Shown here: piece by piece, positions 9,771-19,660 of the stretch
Position numbering within the stretch: position 1 is the stretch's first letter
Layout: every line of letters starts with the position of its first letter
IMG/VR virus record: IMGVR_UViG_3300032321_001270
Location: 96,001-160,000 of that record
Strand: one strand, 5' to 3'
Source: a virus
Taxonomy: Duplodnaviria; Caudoviricetes
DNA: 64,000 nucleotides
The notes under the pieces: generated by a model
Told to the model about the DNA's origin: nothing
Databases searched by the model: none
Seen by the model: the letters and a program-made list of their open reading frames with translations, nothing else
Position numbers and translations under genes: made by a program

Positions 9771-9980
9771 TCAGGGCGCCGAAAACGGTTTAAAGTAATT
9801 CTCAATTGAATCCGGTGAAGGGAGCGGCATCCATAGCAGCAGCTCTGATCTCGCCGCAAGTTCGCCGCCCGTCACCATGAACTGGTCATGTGTTTTTGGG
9901 TCTGCGGCTAGTACTTGATCGTGCCGGCCGGGAAGCCGTTCGTTTACGTGCGTCCATTTTCCAAATTTAGGTTCTTTCAT
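9771..9980 (-). CDS. DUF551-like phage protein
   Basis: WTHVNERLP...VL...WMPLP signature. Confidence 0.7.
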   Translation of the reverse strand: MKEPKFGKWTHVNERLPGRHDQVLAADPKTHDQFMVTGGELAARSELLLWMPLPSPDSIENYFKPFSAP

Positions 9981-10152
9981 TTAACACCTTTGCAGTTTCT
10001 TGCAGTAGTTCTTCTGCAGTGATGATCTTGTCACAAGCGCTTTCGCCCGGGGACACACACTGATGCTCTGCTAATACGTCGCGCACCACCCACGCCAACC
10101 AATCTATTTCTTCTTTTGTAAACGAAATTGTCGTGCCGCGTGGAGCGGTCAT
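9967..10152 (-). CDS. Hypothetical protein, 61 aa
   Basis: TGATG coupling and GGAGGAG RBS. Confidence 0.65.
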   Translation of the reverse strand: MTAPRGTTISFTKEEIDWLAWVVRDVLAEHQCVSPGESACDKIITAEELLQETAKVLNERT

Positions 10153-10496
10153 CAGCTCTCCTCCTGCTGCGGAAATACCAACGGGATCACCGGATTGGAG
10201 TTAATTATGTCACCGACGTCAGCGTCTTCTGCATGAACACCACGATACGCATAAAAATTCCACCAGCGATTTGCTCTCACCGGGTCTGGTTGCTGAAACA
10301 TGCAATACCAGTGGCATACGTCATTACCGTTTTCGTCCTGCACTTTTTGATAGAACAGCGCTGGCGCTTCGTAATAAATATCTGGGTAAAGTTCCTCTAC
10401 ATTTTCCGGCTCCATGACCGGTATATCGCGACCGTCGAGTGGCCCGCCAAAACATGTCATTAGCGCCCAGCCGCGGCAATCTTCAGCTTTTATCAT
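10152..10496 (-). CDS. Hypothetical protein with GGPxDG motif
   Basis: TAATG coupling; CFGGPLDG. Confidence 0.65.
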   Translation of the reverse strand: MIKAEDCRGWALMTCFGGPLDGRDIPVMEPENVEELYPDIYYEAPALFYQKVQDENGNDVCHWYCMFQQPDPVRANRWWNFYAYRGVHAEDADVGDIINSNPVIPLVFPQQEES

Positions 10497-10819
10497 TAGT
10501 CTTTATCCCGGTTGTACCAGTCTGGTTCCAGATCAGGGTCATAGTTGTTTTTATTAGAGCCCGGATACCCAACAATTACATTACGCCACAGCGCCTCGCG
10601 AACTGTGCCGGCATACGCATAAAACTGCATAACCGGCACCAGATCGCCTTTTGCTGCCGTATAGTGCGTCAACAAAACATAAAAATGCTCAACATTATCA
10701 GGGTCACGATATGAGAGCATGCCGCCGCGGCCGTTATTAAGATCACCCGTGCTGCACCAATAACCGTCTTTTGGCCCGCCATAATGTTCACACCAGTTAT
10801 AGTCGGATTTTTTAAGCAT
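10496..10819 (-). CDS. Hypothetical protein with GGPxDG motif
   Basis: TAATG coupling to recA; HYGGPKDG. Confidence 0.65.
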   Translation of the reverse strand: MLKKSDYNWCEHYGGPKDGYWCSTGDLNNGRGGMLSYRDPDNVEHFYVLLTHYTAAKGDLVPVMQFYAYAGTVREALWRNVIVGYPGSNKNNYDPDLEPDWYNRDKD

Positions 10820-12189
10820 TAGTCCACCTGTCCAAGAGGATCAAAATCGGAGCCGACGACATCGCCTACGATGTTAGAAGCCGCCATGAGCTCAGGTACA
10901 TCCGTCATCTCGCGTTGCTTTAGCTCGGCAAGAACCTGCTCACGATAGCGCCGCGCCGGATCACAAATGGTGTAGTCGTTCACGCCAAGCAGGCCGTGAA
11001 GCATACCCAGCACCTTTTTGTTCTCCTCCAGAATCATGGACGCTTCGACCTCTGACACGGCCTGCTGCTTCGTGATGCCAAGCGCAGTCGAGTAAACAAG
11101 CGGCGTGTCAGAATTCTTGGTGCCGTGCTTGTACTCCAAATCGCAAACCTGCTTGATCAGGCCCGGGAGCTTAGGATCCATACCGGGCATTGGTTTACCT
11201 TCGCCGGTCTGCAGTTCTACGAGCAACCTAATCGACGCGGTGTGCCAGTCCCAGAAATGAAACTGCTGGTTCTTATAAGTATCATTACCGTTGGCGTCCT
11301 TGGCCTCGACAATCTCGTTGTACCAGAGCAGGTTTACAACGATCTTACGACCGGGAGCGCCGAGATTGTTTTTGGTGGCAACGATACGCACCGACTGGCC
11401 CTCGTACCGCCCAGTGATGTTCTTGACCGAAGCCTTGGACATGTCTAGGATCAACGTCGGGTAGTAGTCGAGGCTCGCGCCGCCCGGAGCATACTTCTTC
11501 GGCGGGCCAAACCCCATGGAGTTAATTTCTTCCTTGAGATGATTGGTCGCCACAAAAGCAATCGGGTAATGCCGCAGAGTGGGCACTAAAGCCGTCCGCA
11601 TGAAATCCGACAGGTTGCGGGCGAGATACGGATGGCCAGCCGCGGCGTGCCCTTCGTCTGCAACCTTCTCGACGCGCCTATCTACCTCGACAGCCGAGAT
11701 GGAGTCGACGCCAATGCAGATCGGGATAACCCTGTCTGGCGCGTTAGCCGCGTCGATCTGCTTGTGAATAGCCTGACAGAAGCCCATGTACTTTTTCTGC
11801 CACTCTTCCACACTCGCTGCCGTCTCGACGCGTGTCCGGCTGATGTACTGCTGGTTGTGTCCGAACAAGCCAGCCATCATCGTCGGAGAGCCCTTGTTCT
11901 CCGTGTCGATCATGATGGCGCCGCCGCCATAAACATGGAACCAGCGCATGATCTCCGTGAGCATCGCAGACTTGCCGGCACTAAACTCGCCGCGGAGCTG
12001 GGTAAACCGGCTTAGCGGAAAGATGTTGGCTTGCAACAGATATCGCGCAGCCAGTGTCGGGAGCGGCAGACCGATCAGCGGATCTTGATCTTCCGCCGAC
12101 GCTTTAAGAACTTCGGTGATGACCGGGTGTTCACCGTTACGGGCAAACACATCTACTTCTTCTGTTTCTTCTTTACGTTTGCGACCCAT
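10819..12189 (-). CDS. recA: RecA/UvsX-like recombinase
   Basis: Walker A GEFSAGKS, DTEN, Walker B GVDSISA, FVATNHLKEEI...PGGASLDYY, KNNLGAPGR; start MGRKRK behind AAGGA. Confidence 0.9.
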   Translation of the reverse strand: MGRKRKEETEEVDVFARNGEHPVITEVLKASAEDQDPLIGLPLPTLAARYLLQANIFPLSRFTQLRGEFSAGKSAMLTEIMRWFHVYGGGAIMIDTENKGSPTMMAGLFGHNQQYISRTRVETAASVEEWQKKYMGFCQAIHKQIDAANAPDRVIPICIGVDSISAVEVDRRVEKVADEGHAAAGHPYLARNLSDFMRTALVPTLRHYPIAFVATNHLKEEINSMGFGPPKKYAPGGASLDYYPTLILDMSKASVKNITGRYEGQSVRIVATKNNLGAPGRKIVVNLLWYNEIVEAKDANGNDTYKNQQFHFWDWHTASIRLLVELQTGEGKPMPGMDPKLPGLIKQVCDLEYKHGTKNSDTPLVYSTALGITKQQAVSEVEASMILEENKKVLGMLHGLLGVNDYTICDPARRYREQVLAELKQREMTDVPELMAASNIVGDVVGSDFDPLGQVD

Positions 12190-12225
12190 AAATTTCCTTC
12201 GTTGTAAAATGCGCGCTAGAAATAA

Positions 12226-12276
12226 CCGTCTTGAGGCCGGGGCGAAAAGCCCGGGCAGCCCACGACCCCAAGACGG
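12226..12276 (-). terminator. Branched intergenic hairpin between SSB-like gene and recA
   Basis: Minus strand CCGTCTTGGGG...CCTCAAGACGG outer stem, inner CCGGG/CCCGG stem, followed by TTATTT. Confidence 0.5.
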
Positions 12277-12285
12277 CAAAAGAAA

Positions 12286-13641
12286 CTACTTCGACGACGC
12301 GCGTGCACGGGCACGGGCCAGAATGTCAGCCGAATCGCGCTTGGGCGCTGCTACAGCCGGCGGTGCCGGCGGCGCAGGAGGCGCGCTGGAGAAGATATCC
12401 GCAACGCTCTCAGCCGCCTCTTCCGAGATTTCGGCTTCGGGCTGCGGGTCCCATGGTGCTACCGGATCAGTCTGCGGCGCAGCGCGCTTTACGGGCGCTG
12501 ACATGCGAGCTTTGGGAGCCGGCTCTTCCAGATCATCAACCGCCGTGTTCACGCCCTGAAACGTCGACGTACCCTTCGGCAGCGCCCGGAGGTACTGCGG
12601 GAAGTCACGCCACGCAAAGTCGAGCGCTTCACGAGGGAACACGGGAGCCAGCATTTCAGCCTGCTCCTCGTACGACGGCAGCCGCAGGTAATCAGCCCAC
12701 GTGCCGGTCTCAGCAACAATCCGCTCTGCGTACGGCTCCAGCGAAATCTCCTGACCGTTAAACGTGTCATGGAGAATACCGAAGTGCGTGTAGTCACTCC
12801 GCGAGTGCGGATAACCCACGATGTACTGCGCATTGGCAGGACCGCGCGCAAACTTCGGGCACTGAAACGTAGCCGGACCCTCTGCGCCGACAGCAATCAA
12901 GTTAGCGCTGCCGCTCTTGAACGCTTCGGGCAGAATGGTGAACAACTTCGAGTTGCTGAATGACAGCATATCTCCGCTCAGGAACGCGCCTGTGCTTTCA
13001 TCACGCACGCTGAGCGCAGAATGCATCGCCTCTGCGGCACTGGTCTTCAGTCCGATGATGCGGGCATTCCGCTTCTGGTCATCCGAGAACGCGCCAAGAG
13101 TAATCTTGCCGTGTTCGTCGACGTATACGACGCTAGCCGAGATAAACAACGTTTTCTCAGGTTTCTTGAGCGAACCAACGTGAGAGCTACGCACAAACTC
13201 CTTCGACAGCAGTTCCGAAAACAGCCGGCCCAACGTCGGGTGCGGGTTGTCCTTAGAGTTGTCGTAGGCTACCTTGCGCAGTACGTGCAGCGGGCTTTCG
13301 TACAGGTTCACTTCCGGGTTGCCGTCGTGAACGATGAAACAGATGCCCGGGTTACCAACCCAGTGGGCGCACGTTACAAGGCGGCTCCAGTCGCCGTAGG
13401 CCACTTCTGCGTGACCTTCACGAAAGTTGGCGAACGACTTGTCGGCGCCTTCCTCGTAGATGGGAAGCAGCCGCAAGCAAAGGCCGTTTCCAAGAAGTTC
13501 GCCGCCGGCTGCGATCAGAACATTGTTCTGTTTGCCGTAAGCGTAGCGACTCTTACTGTTAGAGCCGCCGGTACCGATGTTATTAGCTTTACGGTACTCG
13601 GGATCAATAGCCGCCAAATTCGCCGCGTTATAGCGTGGCAT
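12286..13641 (-). CDS. Probable single-stranded DNA-binding protein (gp32-like position)
   Basis: Lies between polA and recA; LRLLP motif; low-complexity acidic/Pro-Ala C-terminal tail. Function inferred mainly from context. Confidence 0.45.
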   Translation of the reverse strand: MPRYNAANLAAIDPEYRKANNIGTGGSNSKSRYAYGKQNNVLIAAGGELLGNGLCLRLLPIYEEGADKSFANFREGHAEVAYGDWSRLVTCAHWVGNPGICFIVHDGNPEVNLYESPLHVLRKVAYDNSKDNPHPTLGRLFSELLSKEFVRSSHVGSLKKPEKTLFISASVVYVDEHGKITLGAFSDDQKRNARIIGLKTSAAEAMHSALSVRDESTGAFLSGDMLSFSNSKLFTILPEAFKSGSANLIAVGAEGPATFQCPKFARGPANAQYIVGYPHSRSDYTHFGILHDTFNGQEISLEPYAERIVAETGTWADYLRLPSYEEQAEMLAPVFPREALDFAWRDFPQYLRALPKGTSTFQGVNTAVDDLEEPAPKARMSAPVKRAAPQTDPVAPWDPQPEAEISEEAAESVADIFSSAPPAPPAPPAVAAPKRDSADILARARARASSK

Positions 13642-13724
13642 AAAAACCTTTCTATGTAATTGAGGGCCCTGTTGCCCTGTGTTGATGTCTGCCACTATAG
13701 CAGACAAAACCCTTCTGTCCATAC

Positions 13725-16700
13725 CTACTCATCACAAAACCAATCGACTCCCAAACCCCTAGATTTCTCGGGTTTTAGGTTCTCCCCCCAATGGAAAAAC
13801 ACGTCTCGGCTCATGCCGAAGTGATACGGCCCGGCACCCGCAATCAAAGTGCCGTCCAACTGCCGCGGCCAAAATTCCACGGCGTCGATCATGCAGTACG
13901 GAATAACTTTTTTGTACACGCGTTCAGCGTGCTCAAGCGGCACAAGAAGCACAATTGCGTCATGGATCTGTAGCGCAATTTTGTAGTCAATGTCCGTGTG
14001 CTCTTCGCGGTACTTGTAAAAGTTATTAAGCGCAATAGACACCGCGTCAGCAACGCCACCTTGAATCGGGAAGTTCTGTGCCTGTCGTTCTTGTTCGCCG
14101 CGAACGGCTCTGTCCTTCGAAGGGACAAAGCGGCGAAACCGACCGTACGGCCCCATCAACCACCCGGGATTCTGAGACCGCAACCGGCACTCGGCCAGAA
14201 ATGTTTTGGTACCCGGATATGACTTGAAGTAGGCGTCGATCATCGCTTGGCACTGTTCGGCCGTAACTTCGTGACCTTCCTCTTTGCACTGCCGCGCCAA
14301 GGCTTCAGAACCACGACCGTACGGAATACCGAAATTCACGTTCTTGGCCGCGACGCGCAAACCCTTTACGCCGGCGTCGGCCATACCTTGCTTTGTCGGC
14401 ACGACGCCGTCAAGGTGGAACGTTTTCACAGCCTGCTGGCTGTGGATGTCGTAGTGGTCCGGGTGATCCTCGGGAAGAAGATTGCGCCGGACGTGCTCGA
14501 TCATGTTTTTGTCCTGCGACAGCCACGCGAGGACGGCCAGTTCCGCACCAGTGAGGTCCGTTTCCATGCCAACGTATCCTTCCGGTACACGGAGGATAGA
14601 TCGGACGGGATGCTGATATTTATCTTTTCCGATGATGCGTTTGTAATCGTCTTCCCGCCGCGAACTAAGGTTTTGAAGCGGCGGACGAGAGGAAGAAGCA
14701 CGTCCTGTTTCCTTGGTCTGGAACATGTGCGTGCGCACCTTACCGTCCGCGTGCACGCATCCAACCAGACCTTTTTCATACGTGTAATTACCGTTTTCAT
14801 CGGTTTCAATCTCTCCCTCTTCGTTTTCAGACGGCTTGCGTAATACAGACTGCAGCACTTGACTTGTAAACTTGTAGTCGCGAATCTTGGCTGCCGTCGA
14901 ATTCAGGTGCCCAAGAATACCAAGACTTTCTTTGTCTGTGCTGGGCGTAGCCGTTTCCGGGTTGACTCCGCGGTAGTGCATTTCATTCCAAAGCACGGGC
15001 CGCTTACCAGTTGTCTTCACGGGCCGAAGATCAAGCGTACGCGCGTCATCAGGTACAGCGGGAGCATTTGTATACCTGTCTGCAAAATCTCGCCCAAACA
15101 ACGCAATCGATAGCTGTGGCTGCGACTTGGGGTTGAAGTTTGGCCAACTCAGTTCTTCGCGAATTTCAGCTAGTAGCCGATCTTGCGTATTCATAAACAA
15201 CGTCGTCAACTCGTCCGCGCGATTGCGGTCAATTTCAAGTCCTGTCATTTCCATTTCTAGGAACGCCAGCGACGAGTTGTGCGCAGTCCAGTACGGCATC
15301 CAGCAATCGTGCCCGGTGTTGGACCGGGCGATCAAACCATCTGTGCCGTTCGTTCCATAGAACCGCATCATGATTCGCCGCGTTACGTCGACGTCGTATG
15401 AGGCGTACGGGTGCAGTACGTGCGCCGGGCAATTACCGTAACCGCCGATTTCACTAGCTTTCAATTTGTTATCAGCCCGGTATTTCTTCTTCCATGCGTC
15501 CAGCGGTTCCCAGTACGTCGGAGCCGTTGTAAACCGCATAGAACACTCGTCGAGGCCATACCGGGCGCACTCGTTGACTGCGTGGTACATAAGGCTCGTG
15601 TCCCAGCCGCCGTGTGTGCGGTCGTCTGGATCGCTTGCCGGCGCATATTCCGGGCGAACGTCAACGCCGAAGTCGTATAGCCACGGCAAGTCAGCCCGGA
15701 AGAAATGACCACCCACGCGAACATGACGCTCCGGCGTACTCTTGAGCAAGCGCTGCAGCTGCGCTCGGGCAGCAGCCAGATTCGGCTGGAAGGCTTCCGC
15801 GCCGCCTTCGTGCCGCAACACAATTGTCCGCGCCCACTTGTCTTTATTAGATATCTGAACCGTGCGCAGATACGCGTCCTCTTCGGTCGGGTAATCGCCG
15901 TGCCACTCGCAGTCGATGGCGATGATGTTTGCATTCGGGTCGGGGTCAGCGATCATGGCGTCCACGATTTCTGTCAGCGCCGCCTCTGTGTAAACATCCG
16001 CGTGATCGACGGCTTCTTCGTCTAGGATCTGGTCGTTGATGAGGGCCGTAAAACGCCGAATCTGACCGATAAAATCTTCGGTCACTTCGGGCTTGCGCAC
16101 CACGAATGACGGGTGCATGACGGCCATAGCCTTGATTTGCCGCGCTGCTCCTTCGGCGTCATACGCAGAAACGTCAAGAATTCGACCAGACAAACCCGTC
16201 ACGGCGCTGTTGGTCTTCATAACGGCTTTAATCGCCTCGTTGCCCAAGCACAGAATGAATTCAGGCTGCACCATGCGGATTTCCTGTTCCAGCAGAATGG
16301 CGCAGTTTTTAATCCACGCTGCTGGAACCGCCGTGATATCGTCAGACGGCGCAGCAAATTTACAAGCGAACGTCACATACCAATTTTCATACGTCTCAGG
16401 CTGAATGCCGCAGTCGGCAAAAATTTCAGCGAGCGCAACCATACCCGGGCCGACGGTGGCGCTCAGCTGCTCCATCTCGTAGTAGCCGGGCAGCTTACCG
16501 ACGACCATGACCTTGGATTTGTGCCACGGGCCATAGATATCAATAGGCTCTCCCGGCTTTCCCCAGCGATGTCCGGGCAGGAACTGTACGCTGATCAAAT
16601 CTTTAGAGGACTTGTGTGAAATCGGTAGATGAAAATCTGACCGATACAGCGCGTTCCGGTACAGGTTGATAAGGTGCGTGCCGACCGGCACCGTTTTCTT

Positions 16701-16889
16701 TTTCTTGGCGTCGGCAGCGTCTATCTCGTCGCCCAGCGCGATTGCGTGCGCAATAAAATCTGGCCCGGCTGGCGGCATGCCCGGTTCCGTCAAAGGAATG
16801 AACGGGTATGCCGCCGCCGTAAATTCTTCCGTCTTGGGATCGTACAGCGTTTGTGTTAACCGATGAGTTAACGAAATACCCGAAGTCAT
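13725..16889 (-). CDS. polA: Family A DNA polymerase with N-terminal uracil-DNA-glycosylase-like domain and 3'-5' exonuclease (SPO1-type architecture)
   Basis: UDG4-like VVGKLPG...QPEFILCLG...MHPSFVVR; ExoI IAIDCEW, ExoIII YASYD; TGRASSSRPPLQNL, motif A DLTGAEL, motif B RVAAKNVNFGIPYG, NFPIQG, motif C QIHDA. Confidence 0.93.
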   Translation of the reverse strand: MTSGISLTHRLTQTLYDPKTEEFTAAAYPFIPLTEPGMPPAGPDFIAHAIALGDEIDAADAKKKKTVPVGTHLINLYRNALYRSDFHLPISHKSSKDLISVQFLPGHRWGKPGEPIDIYGPWHKSKVMVVGKLPGYYEMEQLSATVGPGMVALAEIFADCGIQPETYENWYVTFACKFAAPSDDITAVPAAWIKNCAILLEQEIRMVQPEFILCLGNEAIKAVMKTNSAVTGLSGRILDVSAYDAEGAARQIKAMAVMHPSFVVRKPEVTEDFIGQIRRFTALINDQILDEEAVDHADVYTEAALTEIVDAMIADPDPNANIIAIDCEWHGDYPTEEDAYLRTVQISNKDKWARTIVLRHEGGAEAFQPNLAAARAQLQRLLKSTPERHVRVGGHFFRADLPWLYDFGVDVRPEYAPASDPDDRTHGGWDTSLMYHAVNECARYGLDECSMRFTTAPTYWEPLDAWKKKYRADNKLKASEIGGYGNCPAHVLHPYASYDVDVTRRIMMRFYGTNGTDGLIARSNTGHDCWMPYWTAHNSSLAFLEMEMTGLEIDRNRADELTTLFMNTQDRLLAEIREELSWPNFNPKSQPQLSIALFGRDFADRYTNAPAVPDDARTLDLRPVKTTGKRPVLWNEMHYRGVNPETATPSTDKESLGILGHLNSTAAKIRDYKFTSQVLQSVLRKPSENEEGEIETDENGNYTYEKGLVGCVHADGKVRTHMFQTKETGRASSSRPPLQNLSSRREDDYKRIIGKDKYQHPVRSILRVPEGYVGMETDLTGAELAVLAWLSQDKNMIEHVRRNLLPEDHPDHYDIHSQQAVKTFHLDGVVPTKQGMADAGVKGLRVAAKNVNFGIPYGRGSEALARQCKEEGHEVTAEQCQAMIDAYFKSYPGTKTFLAECRLRSQNPGWLMGPYGRFRRFVPSKDRAVRGEQERQAQNFPIQGGVADAVSIALNNFYKYREEHTDIDYKIALQIHDAIVLLVPLEHAERVYKKVIPYCMIDAVEFWPRQLDGTLIAGAGPYHFGMSRDVFFHWGENLKPEKSRGLGVDWFCDE

Positions 16890-16895
16890 AAAACC

Positions 16896-17969
16896 TCACA
16901 GTAAAAAAGATAAGTCAGCCGATACATCCACCGCTTCGGCAGCGGCGGACAGAAGGCTGAACAACTCTGGCCGAGAATAGTCTGCCGGATCGCGATCGTC
17001 TGGCAAGATCACCGGCACAACGTTCACGTTACGCGCGCAAAGCGCTGTGACAGCCTGATCCAACTCTGTCTGAGCGTCGTGATCGAGCACTACGAATACA
17101 GGTTTGTCAGCCCATGTCGTCGCGATCGTGTTGCACTGCCACGCCGACAGAGTTTTGCCGAAAATACACACGCCGGCGGCGCCAATTCGCCACACACTCG
17201 GTACGCCCTCGACTACCACGGCTACCGGCTGAGTTGCCGCCAAATCGTAGTTGTAGAGCGCCTGACTCTTGCGCAACCCGTTGTAGTACTTCACCGATAT
17301 CTTGCTGTCGCCGACATATCGACCCTGCCAGCCAACCAGCTGCCTATTGAAATACACGGGGATATAGATCCGGCCGTGCATGATGCGGTGCTTGTCCAGT
17401 CGCGGATTAACGCACACGCCAATCCCGAACAGACTCGCCAGTTCCTGCATGTCAGGAAATCCGCGCCGTGTCAAATACTCGACTGCCGGGTGATATGACG
17501 GCAGCTCGTCAATCGGCAGAACGTCTCCCGGCGGTTCTACAGCGACATGCACCGTATCCAGCGGTACCACCCGAATAGGCGTCTTCAACATGAAGCGCTT
17601 GCTGGCGCCAAAGACCATGTCTTCCAGCTGCTCAAGCCGCCCAGTTTTTTCTAGGCAGTTCTCGTTGTAGCAGTGGGCCAGATGCGTGTTGATACGCCGG
17701 CCATTCTGAAAATCGGCGCCGTACTGGTGATTGACCCACAAGCGGTTTCGCTGATCGCGGCAAAACGGGCAGCACACACAATAGTACTCACCCCAGTTGC
17801 TGCCGCGGTACGTAAACCGACCGGGTCGCAGCGGGTCTGCGATTCTTTCGACTTGGGCTGGTGCGCCCTCGTTGGCAATCTTAATCTCACCGAATTTGTG
17901 TTCGAGCAGCCCGTACAGTACTGGATTCAGGGGATTTGAACTTGGCGTTTTTGCAGCCGCCATCTTCAT
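16896..17969 (-). CDS. dnaG: DNA primase (Zn finger + TOPRIM)
   Basis: CCPFC...HCYNENC Zn finger; IYIPVY...VGWQGR; VVVVEG; VLDHDA; DRDPAD. Confidence 0.88.
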   Translation of the reverse strand: MKMAAAKTPSSNPLNPVLYGLLEHKFGEIKIANEGAPAQVERIADPLRPGRFTYRGSNWGEYYCVCCPFCRDQRNRLWVNHQYGADFQNGRRINTHLAHCYNENCLEKTGRLEQLEDMVFGASKRFMLKTPIRVVPLDTVHVAVEPPGDVLPIDELPSYHPAVEYLTRRGFPDMQELASLFGIGVCVNPRLDKHRIMHGRIYIPVYFNRQLVGWQGRYVGDSKISVKYYNGLRKSQALYNYDLAATQPVAVVVEGVPSVWRIGAAGVCIFGKTLSAWQCNTIATTWADKPVFVVLDHDAQTELDQAVTALCARNVNVVPVILPDDRDPADYSRPELFSLLSAAAEAVDVSADLSFLL

Positions 17970-17980
17970 ACTGACTCCTC

Positions 17981-19660
17981 TCAGTTCATCATGTCTTCTA
18001 CATAAGTGTCTGCCGGCATGATACGCCGGCCGCCCGCGCGGGGACGGTTAGTAATATTTGCGACCTCTTCGGGGCTGACGGGCCCGATGTCGCCGCGCTG
18101 AATGATTCTCTTTGCTGCTTCGGACGCGGTGTACTCGTCGTTCACCAGCCTGATCTCGGCAGTCTTGTCGTCAATCTTGATGAGGCCCTTCAGGTTGTCA
18201 GCCCGCAGGTACCGCAACTTTGACCAATAGATCGTTGAAACGTGGCATGCCTCGTCGCGTTTGTTTACGCAAAGGCAGGCGTGAAGATTTTCCGCAAAAG
18301 ACTTTGAACCAGACGCGTCGGCGTGCGACACATACCGGTACGTCGGGATGTTTTTGACCTCGCCCTGCGCAAGCTGATGCGCCAGCATGATAACAGCGCC
18401 ACTCGGCACCGCAATCCGCGCGCGCAACTGATCCACCGCGTTCTTGATCGGCCGGGCCAGCGACTCTACATAGCGCGTCCGCGGGTTGGCGTTCATTTCA
18501 CGCTCCACCATAACGCCACAGTAGTCGATGGCCACGAAACCGATTTCCATGCCCAGTTCTTCTGCCAACTGTTCCAGTGCAACCACGATTTCAGCCACGC
18601 CACCAGAACCGCGGTTACCCGTCTTCTCGTTTTGCGAGAAATCGAGGTACATAAAGTTGGTATTGAACCACGGTTGCACCGCTATCCAACGCTCGCGTTC
18701 GCCGAACACAACTTCGCCGTTGCGGTTCATGGGTAGCTCGCGGTCGTAGTCCTTCAGGTTCTCCGCGGTAGATAACTCAGCCCAGAAGTCTCGGCCGGTC
18801 GCAAACAGAGAACGATCAATCTGGGCTGCGGCCGACCAAAACGTCGGATTCATCTTTTCCGCCGGATCTTCGTAGCCGATGAATACAGATAACTTATTTG
18901 GCGACAGTGCGGCGTACTGCTGCGCCATTCGCACGGCTGTTACAGCCAGCAGCGTCGTTTTACCGCCGCCGTACGGGCCAAGCACGCCAATGATGTCACC
19001 GGCGCGAAAACCCTGCAGATACTCGTCAATGAACGGCAGCGTCGTCGGAATAGCCTGCGGCGGAAGAGCGATCGGCTCGCCGATGTTAGGCATCCGAGCA
19101 GCGTTTTCAAACCGCTTGCCAAGCGCCTCAACAGACTGCGCCTTCTTCGTCCACTGCGCCAGCTGCGCCTCCAGATCGGCCGGAGCGCCGCCGAGCGTAT
19201 TCAGCACGGCCTGCGCTTCGCCCTTGATCATACGCTCGCGGATGAACCGCCGGACAATATCGTCAATGTATCCCTTTTCTGCCCGCGCCTCCTGCTCAGG
19301 AAGCGCAGGAGTCGTGAACGACGCGGTAGTGAAGTTGATTAGTTCTTCAACCTCTTCGTTATGAAGCGCGATAGCCGTAGCTCCAGACGCAGCGCTGTCA
19401 CGCCACGACAGCAACCGCGTAGTAATCATCTCTGCTGTGATCGCGCCAAACTGCTCGTGCAATTCTTTCATTGCCGCGAACAGGTAATAAAACGGCAGCT
19501 CTTCGCGCGACTGACCAAAATGATGGTGAGCGAGACCGACGCGCAAAGAATCACGCAGCAACCCCGGATACCGCAAAAGACCCGAGACCATTGCCGAAAT
19601 TTCGGATACGGTTACGGAGTCGGTCGTTTTCGGCTGCTCGTCCATGAAATCGTTACGCAT
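17981..19660 (-). CDS. dnaB: DnaB-like replicative helicase
   Basis: GDIIGVLGPYGGGKTT, GYED, VAIDY, AHQL, SKLR arginine finger; GGAGG RBS. Confidence 0.88.
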   Translation of the reverse strand: MRNDFMDEQPKTTDSVTVSEISAMVSGLLRYPGLLRDSLRVGLAHHHFGQSREELPFYYLFAAMKELHEQFGAITAEMITTRLLSWRDSAASGATAIALHNEEVEELINFTTASFTTPALPEQEARAEKGYIDDIVRRFIRERMIKGEAQAVLNTLGGAPADLEAQLAQWTKKAQSVEALGKRFENAARMPNIGEPIALPPQAIPTTLPFIDEYLQGFRAGDIIGVLGPYGGGKTTLLAVTAVRMAQQYAALSPNKLSVFIGYEDPAEKMNPTFWSAAAQIDRSLFATGRDFWAELSTAENLKDYDRELPMNRNGEVVFGERERWIAVQPWFNTNFMYLDFSQNEKTGNRGSGGVAEIVVALEQLAEELGMEIGFVAIDYCGVMVEREMNANPRTRYVESLARPIKNAVDQLRARIAVPSGAVIMLAHQLAQGEVKNIPTYRYVSHADASGSKSFAENLHACLCVNKRDEACHVSTIYWSKLRYLRADNLKGLIKIDDKTAEIRLVNDEYTASEAAKRIIQRGDIGPVSPEEVANITNRPRAGGRRIMPADTYVEDMMN

